Source of the DNA: Geosiphon pyriformis uo1
Taxonomy: Eukaryota > Fungi > Glomeromycota
DNA length: 64,000 nucleotides
Direction of reading: 5' to 3'
Assembly: GCA_016748015.1 (NCBI GenBank)
Contig: JAAOMT010000128.1
Location: forward strand, 1,619,538-1,683,537
Positions within the stretch are counted from its first letter, which is position 1; each line of letters starts with the position of its first letter. Position numbers and translations under genes: made by a program. Below the pieces are notes generated by a model. It searched no databases. It was not told where the DNA came from and saw only the letters and a list, made by a program, of their open reading frames with translations. Below, in pieces: positions 51,246 to 64,000 of this stretch.

Positions 51246-52617
51246 ATAAATATACAAAAATACCAACAACTTCAACATTATATAAATATCCAACTGTTTA
51301 AGGAGAAATTATCTCAAAAGAAACAAAACAACATAAAACAACAATCAAAATATTTTATCAATTATCAAAATATACTTTACCAGAAAAACAGAAGAACTCC
51401 AGACCAGCCAACAAGAGTAATTACAGAACTGGAAAAAAAGACAATATTGTTCAACATGCACTCAGATCTAACAACAGGACATTTTCATAAAGAAGCAATC
51501 ATAGAAAGAACTAGAAAAAAATACTATTGGTCATTAATGTATTCAGAAATCATCTAATATGTTCAAAATTGTGATGCTTGTCAGAAAAGAAGAGGAACAA
51601 AACTCAATGAATCATTGAGACCAATCAAAGTGAGACAACTATTTGATCACATTGGAATTGACTTAGTCAGACCATTAACAATTACCAGCAAAGACAACAG
51701 ATATATTGCAGTAGTCATGGACTATCTTACTAAATGGCCAGAAGCAAAAGCCATTCAAAGAGCAGATGCAAAATCTATTGCTAAATTCGTTCATCAAGAT
51801 TTGATCTGTTGACACAGATGTCCAAAAGAATTATTATCAAATCAAGGAACTCACTTTGTAAATAGAACATTAGCAGAATTAAGCCAAAGATTTGGAATAA
51901 AAAGACCACTATTATTACCATACCATTTACAAACAAATGGGTTAGTTGAAAGGTTCAACAAAACACTGTGTAAAGCAATAGCCAAAATTAGCCAAAAAAA
52001 CCAGGACAAATAAGATTTGGTTATACCATCAGTATTATTTGCTTATCAAACAATGAAGCAAGATACCATACAAGCAACACCATTTAAATTGGTATACAGT
52101 AGAACAGCAACATTACCAGTTGAGATAGAGGTCAATACATATTCAACTGAACCAATAACAAAAGATAATTTTCAAGAAACACTATTAAGAAGAACATATG
52201 ACTTAATAGAAACACTAGAAAACAGATAATGAAAAGCAGCTGATAACATCCAAAAGTTACAAAAAAAACAAAAAGAATGACACAATAACCAACTACCAGA
52301 TAAACCAGTTGAATTTAAGATTAGAGACAAAGTACTATTACATTATACTAAAGTGGAGTGGAAAATTTAACCTCAAATGGGACAGACCATTTCACATAGA
52401 AGAAATTCTAAGAAATGGAGCTTATAAATTAAGATGGGACAACAAAATCTTAGCCAAAGCAGCACATAGTAATTAACTGAAACCATATCACCAGATAGCA
52501 TCATCATTTACCAATAACATTTCACAACTGAGAGTACAAAGAATACTAGTTCAACCAGATAAGATTCCACGAGATCTGGAACCAATCATAGTTATTGAAC
52601 CAAACACATCAAATTAA
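51246..52617 (+). pseudogene. Element B integrase, stand-alone ORF
   Basis: Starts ATA-NIQKYQQL 30 nt after the pol stop. HHCC (MHS...GHF...CDACQ), IGIDLV, LTKWPEAKAI, NGLVERFNKTL; ends DLEPIIVIEPNTSN-TAA. Confidence 0.88.
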
Positions 52618-52671
52618 ACAACCAAAAAGTATATAAAGACACAGTACACATGACAAAAGCAACCAAGAAAA

Positions 52672-53307
52672 ATGGAAATACCAGATCATATTCACACTAT
52701 AGTTCAACAATTGTTTCAGGCCTTAAGTAAACAACAGTTAGACATGGAAATTGTTATTAACAACCAAATAATTTGCTATCGAAACACCCAAAGAAAGACA
52801 AAAAATACACTATATCAGTGGCCACCAAAGAATGATAAAAACTGGACAAATAACTTAATAGAAAAAGTAAAGAACACTTTTGGGAAAATACCTATTATAG
52901 CACCAACAGAAGAGCTTACAAAAAAAAATTGGAAGCAATGAACAGAACAACTTCCAATATCATATTGCTACTACCAGTTAGGTCAAAAGTTGAATATTTA
53001 AGAGTTGTATATTGACAAATCTAAGAGAATATTCAACTAAGACATAATACAGCAAATTGAAAAATTTATTAGAAAAAAAATGAATTTAACACTAGATGTT
53101 AAAACAATGTACCAACTACACAACATATTTTGAAACTATTCAGAAATACTGTTACACTTTGACATGAAAACCATAATCATTAACCAATAGAGAAAAATGA
53201 ATAATACACAAGTTGAAAACATGAGAAACAGAGTCAAACAAACAATACTTGAAAAAAAAGTACTAAAATTAATTTAATATGAAGATTTCAATAGAGCTCA
53301 ATATTAA
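52672..53307 (+). pseudogene. Element B 3' accessory ORF (ORF-X), unknown function
   Basis: ATG at 52672 (MEIPDHIHTIVQQLFQAL). One frame with transition-type stops to EDFNRAQY-TAA, overlapping the PPT. Confidence 0.75.
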
Positions 53308-53320
53308 AAAGAGGAGATAA

Positions 53321-54180
53321 TGTTACTCATAAAAAAGAAAACAGATATAGAAAAATAGTAGGCCAATAAGAAAGTAGTAGTTAGCACATGAGCACATTGC
53401 TCAGTAATGTGGAGCAATGTCAAAAATCATGGCACATTGCTTAGCAATATGAAACAATATCAAGAAAATATGGCACATTGCTCAGCAATATGAGCATTGC
53501 TTGAGAAATTATAGCATATTGCTCGAGAATGTAAATAATCTCATAGAACCCAAATTATGTATATATAATGGTAGCATTAGAAGTAGAAAAGACAGACCTT
53601 CCAGTTTAGATTTAATCTAAGCAACTTTTTCATTCACAAATATTAATAAATAATTATTCACTATTTTAATCCACTTTCCACTATTAACACTTCATGTTAA
53701 TAGCAATTGATACTTAACCATACTGGAACAATAGTTCTTGATCATGGCTATTGATAGAATACTAACTTGCAATTGCATTGGCTCATTTCTTCATTTTTTA
53801 TTTTTTTTATTTCTTTTCTTTGATTTTATTGTTGTGTACTAAATTGATTAAGAGGATTAAAGTACTGAGTTATTGACGTCATGGATAGCCTGATAAAAGA
53901 CCCAGAAATAAGAGTAGAATTATATATATTAATGGATAGCTTACCAGAAGAGCACGACTGCCAGATTAAACTGGCCACTACACTGAAGACAGAAATTGGG
54001 AAAACAACTTGAGAAAAACAACTTAAACCAACCATAGTAAACCTCTGTCCATTATACAAAGAACTCAGCAACAAACCTTCAGATCCACCAAATCTTCAGA
54101 TATCAACACTAGAATACCAAACCAGCACCAAGTTACAAATTTTTTATTTGACTTGAGACCCCAAATAATCATCTGTAACA
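53321..54180 (+). repeat. 3' LTR of element B
   Basis: Direct repeat of 33193-34052, followed by TSD GCAC. Confidence 0.95.
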
Positions 54181-54184
54181 GCAC

Positions 54185-54237
54185 TAAATTATGAGTTTAT
54201 TATTTGTTCTAACACCCTAAATAATTTATTTATAACA
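54185..54237 (+). repeat. Right remnant of the element C 3' LTR
   Basis: Matches 24253-24304; ends TATAACA. Confidence 0.85.
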
Positions 54238-57200
54238 CTAATTTTAAAAAACCAGTATGTTAATAAAAGGTTTTTTTATATTTTAGAGGTTTTGGAAATT
54301 TATTTTCCAATATTTAATTTTATAGTTAAGTTGTATAATTTTTTTTGATTTTTTTTATTGTTTGAAAACATATATATATTTTTTTCTGATTTTTTATAAA
54401 ACTAGAAATATTTAATTCTAATTAAACTTTTATTTATTTATTTTTTGCTTGTATTTTTGTATTATATCTTTTTTTTATCAATTGTGATTTCTATTAGTGT
54501 TGTGAATTATTGTAAAAGTTTTAAAATTTTGTTTAAAAGATTTATACTAAAAATGTTTTGATCTTTTTTTCTTATTCTTTTGGTATTTATATATATATAA
54601 TTTGTGTAATTTAATTTTTTGTAATTGGATTGTGTTTTACAATAACAATTAATTTTAAATCTTGTAAAATATCTTCAGATTTAATTAATAATATTTTTTG
54701 TATTATATAATAAAATTTTAAACAATTTTTATGTATGATTTTTTTTAAAATTCTGTTTTTTAATTATAGTTTGTAAGCTTTATTGCCAAAAACTTTATGT
54801 ATGTAAAATGGTCTGTTCTATTTTGAGTCAAATTTTTCATTTTACAGTTTTTTAACTTTAATACAATATAATAATATTTGATCTTCAATTTTAAATTCAA
54901 TTAATTGGTCTAACAGGTAATTATTATGTCTTTTTTTTGTTATTTTTAAGAATTATTAATATTATTAGCTGTTGTTTTATGATTGTTTTTTAGTATTTCT
55001 ATGAGCTAATATGTTTTTTAATATAAAATAACTGCAAAGTTTTCTTTAGTAATTGTTTTTATTAAAAAAAAAATATTTTTAATTTAATAAGCAGTATGGT
55101 TCTTTTATAAACTAGTTTAAATAGTGTAAATTAGATAGTATTTTGCTTTAATATTTAATATGCAAATAATATTAAGAGTATAAATAAGTCTTATTCTTAT
55201 ATATTTTTGTAACTTATTTTTATTAAAGCTTTATATAATATTTGGTTAAATTATTCTACTAATCTGTTTGTTTAAGGATAATATAAGAATAACAAAGATT
55301 ATTTTATTTTAAATTATTGGCTTAGTTTTATTAAAGTACTATTAACAAAATAAGTTTTTTAATCAGATAATAATTTTTTTAAGTATTTATATTAACAGAT
55401 CAAAATTTGGTATATAAATTTAGCTATTATTTTAATATCTATAACTTGAATAGCTCGAGTTTTTGGCCATTTAAAATAGTCTATAGCTATTATAATATAT
55501 TGGTTTTTTTAAAAATAATTGAAAAAAATCCAATCAAATTAATTTTAATTCTATTAAATAAATTTTCAATTAAAATAAATTAAAATAGTTTTGTTATTCT
55601 GGCTCTTTTTTTTTAACAGAAGTTATAGTTGTGAACATATTTAAAAATATTTTTAATATAAATTTATTGTTTTTTCTAAGATAGCATTTTTATTAAAGTG
55701 TTTAGTAATTGAATTAGAATTTATGTTAAATAAAATTGTTTCTTTTTCTATATCTTTTATGACTTTTTGTAATGTATTGTAGTTTTAGTATTCTTATTAA
55801 TATAATTATTTATTGTAAATAAAATAGTTTTAAGCTTGTTTTTATATAATACTTTGTTTTTGTTGAGATAATTTCTTTTTAAACTAAAGTATTAACAGAT
55901 ATTAATATAATTTTTGGTATATAAGTGTGTCTATTTAGCAAGATTAAACCTGTGTTATTTTTAATAAACTGTTAGCATTGGTATTTTTAGCTTTTTTTTT
56001 TTAATATATTTTATAGAAAAATTATTAGAAGTAAATATTCTATTTTACATATCTTTTTTTAAGTTGTGGTTTGCTAAAAAATCAGACTAATTCTTTATAA
56101 TTTATATGTAAATTAAATAGTTTGTAAAGATAATATTTCCAATATTATATGGTTCAGTAAATAATAAAGTATTCTAAGTCTATAGTACTGTATATTTTTT
56201 CAGCTGTATTAGTGTTTTTGCTAATACAAACAATTAAATATTTTTTATTATCAAACTTAATTTGAAATGAAACTGCTTTAAAAGTATTCTTTAATATATT
56301 AGTAACTACAATAAATTATTTATTAAAATCTAGATATATTAAGATTAAAACTTTAATTAATTAATGCTTAAAGTAATTAAAAATCTTCTATTGTTCAGTT
56401 TTTTATATATATGATATATGTTTTAAGAGCAAATAATAGAAAAGTTTAATAATATTTGAAAATTTTTTAATAAAATAACAGTTATTTTTGACAAGTCTTA
56501 AAAATTTTTAAGTTTACAAAGATTAGTTGAGACCAGAAATTTTTTACCTTTTTTAACTTTGTTTAAATCAAATTTTACTTTATTTTTTCTAAAAATATGT
56601 TTAAGAAATTTTAGTTTAGTTTTTCTAAAAAAATATTTGTTAAGATTAAGTTTTAGTTTAATATTACAAAAACAATTAAAAATTTGTTAAAGATAAAACA
56701 GATAATTATCAAAGATCTTTAAAAAAATATTGGTATTATTTAAATAGATAATAATTGATTTTTACAGAATTTTTTGTACATAATATTTATTAAGTATTAA
56801 AAAGTAGCAGAAGTATTGTAAAGTCCAAAAAGCATTATATTAAACTTAAAGTTTTCATTTTGAATATTAAAAACAGTTTTTTTTTTCATTTGAATTCATT
56901 TTGATTTGTCAATATTTGCTGGCTAAATCTAATAAAAAAAACTATTTTTTATTTTCTAAATTGTTTAAAATTTCTTAAATAAAAAAAATTAAATAACTAT
57001 CTTCTTAAATATATTATTAAGTTTTTAATAGTCAACATAAAAACATATTTTCTTGTTTTTTTGGGTAATTAAGATAACAAATAAAAATTAGAAGCTTAAT
57101 AATTTTTTGATTAAGCCATTATTTAACATTTATTGTATTTTTTGTTTGATTAAATTGTCTTTATTTAGGATAATCTTATAAGTTTATTATTTAATTGGCC

Positions 57201-60200
57201 TGGTATTTTTATTATGTATTGTCAATATAATAGGATTAAAATAACAGTGGTTATATTGATAAGTTTTATTTTGTTACTGGTTTTTTTTTATATAATTAAT
57301 TTATATATATTTTTTTTTATTAAATTCAAATTTTTGGATTTTTTTAGCAATAAGACTTAGTTTTTTTCGCATAATTACTAAGATCAGTTGTAAAATTTTT
57401 ACAAAAAGTAAAAAAATTGTTTAAGCAATTTTTTTTGTGATTTAATTATATAGAGCTTGTTAGAATTGTTTTAAAGCATTATAATAATATTTTTAATATA
57501 TTCAATATTAATTATTTCTTCTTTGACATTAATTTTTTTATTTGTAAAGCTAAAATAAGATATAATTTATATTATTATGCTAATAAAAATTTTTAAAGCT
57601 AATTTAAAATCTATTTTTATAAAAGAATAGACAACTATAATTATAAAGAATTATTCAAAGTATCTTAAATTAAATTTTATATTATTTGCATGTACTCTTT
57701 CAGAAAATATTTTTTTATTATTATTATTGTATTATTTTAATTTTAACTTTTTAAAAAAATTGAGATAAATAAAGTATTGTTTAATTTTAATAATCATATT
57801 TAGTTCTTAAAATATAATGTTTTTTGTATTTAATAAGTATTTTTCTTTGGGTTTTTCAAGTTCAGAAATAAAATAAAGTACTTATAAAAATAAATTAAAC
57901 AAAAACTTATATTTATTATAATATTAAAAATGACAAAAAATTAAACAGTGATTATATAATTTGGTGTTAAGATTAGCCAATTTTTGTTTTTGTTTTTTTT
58001 AAGTAGAAACAAGTTCTTAATAATATTTTTAAAACATTTTAAGATTATTAATAAACAGGTTATCTATCTTTTTAACTATTATTAAGATATTTTTAATAAT
58101 ATATATCTCTTTAATAATAACTTTTTTTATTTTATTGTAGCTATTTTCTAAATTTTGTTTTTATTATAAAGATATAAATCTAATTGCTTAATTATAGGTA
58201 ACAACAAATAGAGTTCTTTTTTAAGTCTAATTGGTAATTAAAATTGTGTATTAATATAATTTATTACATGTTTTTTCTCTATCAAGAATATTGTTTTATA
58301 GTTTTTTATTTAATAGAATCTTATTATAGATAAAACATAATATATTATTCTATTTAGTTTTGTTATATTAAGTGTTCAAATTATTTTAATATATAAGAAC
58401 AACAATAATATCTGAGAATAGTCAATTATATTTTATTATCTTTAATATATGTACTTATTGATAATAATTTTTTTTACAATCTATACAAATTAATTTTAGA
58501 AGATAATATAGTTAATTATATTGGTTTTATAAAACATAAGCAAAGATTAAAGCTTGTAATATTTTTTTGGCTTTTTTTTATATAAGAAGTAAGAGTAATT
58601 TTGTTTTAAATTCATTAATTCAAGAAATTTGGTATGTTTTTAAGATTAGTTAAATTATAAACTTTTTAAATTTGATAAAAGATAGTTTAAATATTGTTAA
58701 TTTAAAATGTCTACAAGTGACAGATATTCGAATATATTGATTATTAAATAAAATTTAAAGCTCTTGAATATTCTAATTAAGAATAATATAAGTCTTAGTT
58801 AATTAATTATTATTAATTAAAGTTTGGTATTAAGTTACTTTTATTACAAAAACTTTGATTAAAATTATGATTCCATTTAATTTAAAAAAAAATTGTTAAT
58901 TTTTCTTATTTGTATTTTGATATTTTTATTAACTATAATAATTTTAACTATAGTTATATAATTAATTTACAATCTAATTAATTCACAAACTGTTTTATGA
59001 TTATATTACCAGTTAAGTTGTTATTAAATATTAGTTTAATATTTATTTGTTCTATTGTGATATTAGTATATATTGTTATAATTGGTTTGTTTTAATTGAT
59101 AACAGCTTTACTAAAAAAATTAAAAGTATTTATGTTGTTAATTTTGAATAAAAATATGACTACAAACATTTTATTTTTATTGATTATAACTGGAAAAATT
59201 ATATTAAAAAAGACTTAGTTATTGTTAATACAAAAAAAATTGGTAATTTTAATTGTAGTTTTTTTTTTTAAAAAATACAATATTATTAAAATTCTGGGTT
59301 TCAATAAAATTAAGATATAATACTTGGTTTAGATATTCAATTGGTGGTGTTTATAATAATAAGTTGTTGTAATTTATGTTTCAAATTAGTATTATTGGGT
59401 TTTAAAATTGGTTTTTGAGATTATTTCTTTATTTTTGGCTATAATTAATAGTTTTAAGTTTTAAATTAATGTTTTAAGAGATTTAATATTGAGATTAAAG
59501 TAGTATTATTGTTTGAAAAAATTGGTAATAGTTTAGTAATAACTACAATATATATTGAAATTGCTAATATTAAAAAATAGAATAATAATATTCTAATAAT
59601 TGTAAATATTTTAATTATTATTAATATTAATTTTTATGATTTTAGTATGTTATTTTTTTGCAACAATTTTTTATAATATAACTAAATTTCTAATAATAAT
59701 AATTATAGAAATCTTGTATCCAAAGTTATTGTTGTTGTTAATATTATTGTTGTTATTAGTATTTTGTATTATTGTTATTTTCTTAATATTATAAAAACTA
59801 ATATATTTTTAAATTTTTTACAAAGAATTTTTCAATTTTTTAAAGTAATTCTTACTTAATTAAGTAAGTTTTATGTCAATATTAGAAGTTTTATTTATGG
59901 CCAAATTAACAGCTTGGGTGTAATTTGCTTTTTGTTTAGCAGATTTAAAGTTATAAACAAACATTATTGTATTTTGTAAACTTTTAAAATAGTAAGATCT
60001 AATAAACCAAAAAATATTGCTTTTAAATTTTTTTATAAATTGGTTTAAAATTTGGTTAAATGTATAATAATTTTTTTTAATGATAAAAAATTTGATTAAA
60101 TTAATTAAGATAAGTAATAACTGCTTTATAATTTTTTTGTTTTATAATATTAAATTGATTTTATAGTTGAATTATGATATTAAAATCACAAAAATACTAT

Positions 60201-61303
60201 AAAAAAACAAATTTAAAAATAGCAAAGTCAGTTAGTTTTTCATTAAAACTTTGATATTATAAGTTTGTAATTTTAATCAAAAAAAAGTAAAACTTGAATT
60301 GTTCTGATCTTGTTTTAATTATTGGCTATAATTGTTTTTTTAGCTTTAATAATTTAAGTGTAGACATTTTTTTTTTAAGAATTTTTTTAATCTAGCAATG
60401 TTTTTGTAAGCCATAATAAAAGTAATAAAAAGTTGTTTGTTTACTAACAAAAAAAAAATTGGTAAAAATAATTTGGGTTTTTTTGTTAAATTTAATATTA
60501 ATTGTTTTTTTTTGTTTATAGTTATAATTAATTGAAAAAGTACTGTTTTTTTAAAGAAAGTAATTATTAATTCTGTTAATAATTATAATAGTTGTTGTTT
60601 TTAAGTAATAGTATTCTAGAAAGAATTGTTTATTATTAGAATAAGATTTTTAAATAATGTTTTGTATTTTTTCAATAATTTAATTTAGAAATTTCTGTTA
60701 AAATCTTAAAAATAAAAATTTCTAAAAATTTTTGGAGTTTTTGGCTAAGATCTGATAAGTTGATTAAATAAAATTCTACTTTTTGAAGTCTAATAATATG
60801 AAAGTATTGTTAGTAATAAAAGTCTTGATTTTTTTTTAATAGTAGATTGCAGTTTTTTTGTTTAAATTGTTATTAGATATTATTTTCTGTGTTTAATTTG
60901 GATTTTTTCAAAAAATTTAATATTGTAATTTTTTTTAAGTTGTAAATAACAGTTTTGCATATATATCTCGATTTTTTTGTTAATAAAAAGAAGAGTTTTT
61001 ATAATTGCTCTTTTGGTGATTAAAATTAAATATGATAATAAATTCTAGTAAATCTGTTTTTTAAGTTTTTTAGTATCTGCTGTTTTGTCTAAATAATAGT
61101 CAATTTTAAAATGTAAATAATAAAAAAAATTACTTTTAGCTATAAATGTTTTTTTTATATTTTTTAAATTTTTTTAAAAGTATTGATATAATGCTCTTCT
61201 AAAAAACAAGTAGTCTTTTCTAATTGTTTTAATAGTTGCTATTTTGTAAGTTTTTTGAATGTTTTGTTTCTGAAAATTTTATAATCTTATAAGAAGCAAC
61301 AAA

Positions 61304-62270
61304 TATTATAGATTAATTTGATAAAATATAATCTTAATATTTGGCATTTATGATTTAAATACTAAAAGCAGTATAAAAATTAAATAAATTGGTTTTGGTT
61401 ATATTGTAAATTATTAGTTTTAAAAGTTTTTTTGTTTAAAGTTTTACCTATTAAGTTTTTTTGTTATAAAGCACAAAAATATTGTTTTTTCAATTAGATT
61501 GCTATAATTGTATTTTTTTTAGAGCTAATAAGCACAATTACTAAAGTCTGATATTATTTTTTGTTTTTTTAATAAGTAAACAAAATAAAGTTAATATTTT
61601 AACCTAAAAAAAACTTTTTTTTTTATCAAACTATTATGAAGTTTATTCTTAAACAATTAATTTTCAATGTTGTTACTTCACAAAAAAAATAAATAAATAA
61701 TTAGTATCTTATTGATTATTATAATCAAAAGCAATTAGTCTAAATCATTAAAGTTTTAAAAGTATTTATATTAATAGAATCTGGTTTAAAACAAAGATAA
61801 AAAAAACAATTAATTTAATTTAATAATTAAAATATTGAAATTAAGTACTTGTAAATTAAATAATAAGATTTTATTAAATTAATCAAAAAATATATAAAAT
61901 AAAATTTTATTAAACTAAAGTTAAGATAGTAAAAAAAAATTAATTTTTGTTTGTTTTGTTCTTTTTCTATCTGCTAAAATTATTTTTTTTATACATATTT
62001 TCTAGTTTTATAGAATTGCTTTAATTGTTTGTTATTACTAATTACTATTTACTATTTTAGCTATTGCTTTGTTTTTTTATTATAAGTAATTATTCTATAT
62101 TATTACTAATTATTTTGTGCTATTTTGTGTTATTGTGTATTATCTTGTATTATTCTGAATTATTTTGTATTATTTTGTATTATTTTATGTTATCACATTT
62201 TTTTTATGTTATTATGTAGTAATTATATTTTTTTAATAATTTTAAATTATTTTTTTTTATTTAGATAACA
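61304..62270 (-). repeat. 5' LTR of element D
   Basis: Direct repeat of 22233-23172; adjacent decayed minus-strand PBS (TTTGTTGCTTC). Confidence 0.85.
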
Positions 62271-63525
62271 ATATTTATTATAATAGCAATAAAAAATATC
62301 TAATAACAACCAAGTATTATTGTTGTTCATGTATTTTAAAATAATTTAACTACTCAAAAAGACAAAAAAAATGAGATAACAAATTATGTTTAATCTGTAA
62401 AAAAACTTTTTCTAACAAAAAAATATAAAAAAATAGTTTAAAAAAAGAAAAAACATGTAATAAATCATATTAATACATAATTTTTATACATAAATGAATA
62501 AAAAAATGCTATTAAAAGCTATATATAATCATGTTTTTATTTGTTTAAATAGTTGTTTATATAACAAAAATAAAATCTAAAGAATAGTAATTACTAAATA
62601 TAATAGTATCATTAAAAAAAAATACATGTAATTAAAAACATGCATAAAAAAAATTATTTTTTGTAATATTTAACAATCTAACAAAATTAAATAAGTATTA
62701 CCAATTACTAATATTTACTTAAAAAAAACAAAAACAAGATTTAATACAGGGAACTAATAGTCTTACTTGTCAAGAAAAACTTATTAATCTTAATATTTAA
62801 TTATGTAAATACTATTTTATTTTATATTAATTCAAATATTGTAATAAATATAATCTTATTTATAATTCACTATCACATATTATCTATTTTATTTTAAAGC
62901 TTAACAAACCAATTACCAAAGCCAATAAATTAGAATTAGAGTTTAATTTTAATTCAAATATTACTTTTAAATTTAACATAAATTTTAATATTGTTTCTAA
63001 AACTAAATAATATATTGTCTTTAATTTAATAAAAATAGAAGAATTAAAATAGTTTAGCAAAGATAATAAAGATATTATGTCTAAAAAAGCACATAAAACA
63101 AATATTAAATTTAATTTTAAATATTTAAAACAAGTTTTTATAGTTTTAAAACTTTACTTACTTATTAATATAGATTTAAAATTAGCATTAAAAGTTTTGA
63201 CAACTATTATAGTTTAATTTGCATTCAGATCTAGCTTAATTAAAAAATAAATTACTGTAAAAAAAGAAATAGTTAATACCAAATATATAAGAAATATTGT
63301 TATTATGCTACAAAATAAAGCTAAAAAAATAGCACAAAATATATATTTGTCTTTAATTAAAATATTTAAATTAGTATTAATAAGAATGAAAAAAAATCAA
63401 AAATAACTGCTAAAGAAATTAAAAGATTTAAATCAATAAAAAAATCAATATATTTGTTAACATAACAAAAAAAATTATAGATCAAAGAAAAATTATTTTT
63501 ACAAGTTATATTGTTTTTATTCTGT

Positions 63526-64000
63526 TGTTATTAACTTGTAGTTTGATGAAATATATTTTCAATTTGTAAAAATATTAGAAAAAAAAGAGTATTAAATCAT
63601 AATATAATATTATAACAAATTATATAAAAAAAAGTTTTTTTTTTAAAAAAATATATTTTGATTCAAAATTTTTCTATTAGATATTAATTAAAACTATTTT
63701 CTATATAAATCAATTTTAATAAAACTTAATTTGAAAAACATAAAAATCTTTAATTATTTTTGTTTCGAAATTAACCATTTTATTAATATTTTGAAATTAA
63801 TTAATTACCAATTTTAGTAATCATTAATAACTTTCAGATTTAAATCTTAAATAACTTTATTAACACATTTTTTTAGTTTATTATTATTTTTTCTTTTATT
63901 TTTTTTTATATTATTAAATAGTTTACAGTTAAGATTTCTTGTAAAAGAGTTGACTTTTATAGCAAAGTAATTACACATATTTTTAAAAAGCTTATAGACA
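63526..64000 (+). mobile_element. Decayed LTR-A-related sequence interrupting element E; runs off the window
   Basis: AACTTGTAGTTTG..., the TATAAAA region and GAGTTGACTTTTATAGCAAAGTAA match LTR-A blocks. It starts at TGTTA but lacks about 290 bp of the LTR-A 5' part. Confidence 0.6.

Larger units (their letters stand above)
33193..54180 (+). mobile_element. Ty3/Gypsy element B, full-length, split by element A
   Basis: LTRs 33193-34052 and 53321-54180 (860 bp each, TGTTAC...GTAACA); perfect TSD GCAC (33189-33192 / 54181-54184); PBS TTTGGTGCTCCC at 34053; PPT at ~53306-53317. Confidence 0.95.
23518..54237 (+). mobile_element. Ty3/Gypsy element C (heavily decayed); its 3' LTR is split by element B
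   Basis: 5' LTR 23518-24304, decayed PBS TTTGGTATTC at 24305, PPT before 32427, 3' LTR 32427-33192 plus 54185-54237. Flanks TCAA / CTAA are both one transition from CCAA. Confidence 0.88.
22233..62270 (-). mobile_element. Ty3/Gypsy element D (minus strand, heavily decayed), split by element C; own internal sequence 23173-23517 and 54242-61303
   Basis: Direct-repeat LTRs 22233-23172 and 61304-62270. PBS on the minus strand at ~61293-61303, PPT at ~23176-23188. TSD GTAC (22229-22232) / ATAT (62271-62274), explained by two transitions. Gag, PR, Cys-rich, dUTPase, RT, RNH and IN remnants read on the minus strand. Confidence 0.85.
19196..63525 (+). mobile_element. Ty3/Gypsy element E (outermost, most decayed), split by element D; own sequence ~19196-22232 and 62275-63525
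   Basis: Decayed primer-binding site (PBS) TTTGGTGTTTT at 19920, then Gag and protease remnants (~20.0-22.0 kb). The Cys-rich domain is cut at 22232 and resumes at 62275, colinear with element B 48140-48220. dUTPase remnant at ~63050-63440. 5' LTR start is tentative. Confidence 0.7.

Noticed and set aside
53881-54156. Coding-looking plus-strand frame inside LTR-B (MDSLIKDPEIRVELYILMDSLPEEHDC...)
   Set aside because: Both ATGs read ACA in the 5' LTR copy, so the ancestor was ACG and the starts are CpG-decay artefacts. The frame also has an internal TGA.

Overview
Eukaryotic, intron-containing fungal DNA. The gene structures and transposon families resemble Glomeromycotina (possibly Geosiphon-like); this is a recollection, not a search result. 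Bases 1-8.4 kb are a compact, CpG-retaining island of three housekeeping genes: proteasome ATPase RPT4 (-, runs off the left edge), a BAR-PH-ArfGAP-ankyrin protein (+), and a SAP-domain SARNP/Tho1 homologue (-). The remaining ~55 kb is transposon graveyard. It begins with a near full-length LINE (ORF1; APE-RT-RNase H ORF2) interrupted by two LTR insertions. Next is a six-layer nest of related Ty3/Gypsy LTR retrotransposons: E(+) contains D(-), which contains C(+), then B(+), then A(+), then an inverted solo LTR. Each of the five insertions is delimited by TGTTAC...GTAACA-type ends and a 4-bp target-site duplication (TSD). The Gypsy family has an unusual, repeated architecture. One ORF encodes an N-terminal extension (apparent GTG start), Gag, protease, a multi-CxxC Cys-rich domain, dUTPase, RT and RNase H. 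After a stop codon, integrase is a separate ORF. A TATA-like motif then precedes a ~210-225 aa accessory ORF of unknown function that ends at the polypurine tract (PPT). All TE copies are pseudogenised, mostly by C>T/G>A transitions, and the decay is strongest in the outer (older) layers.
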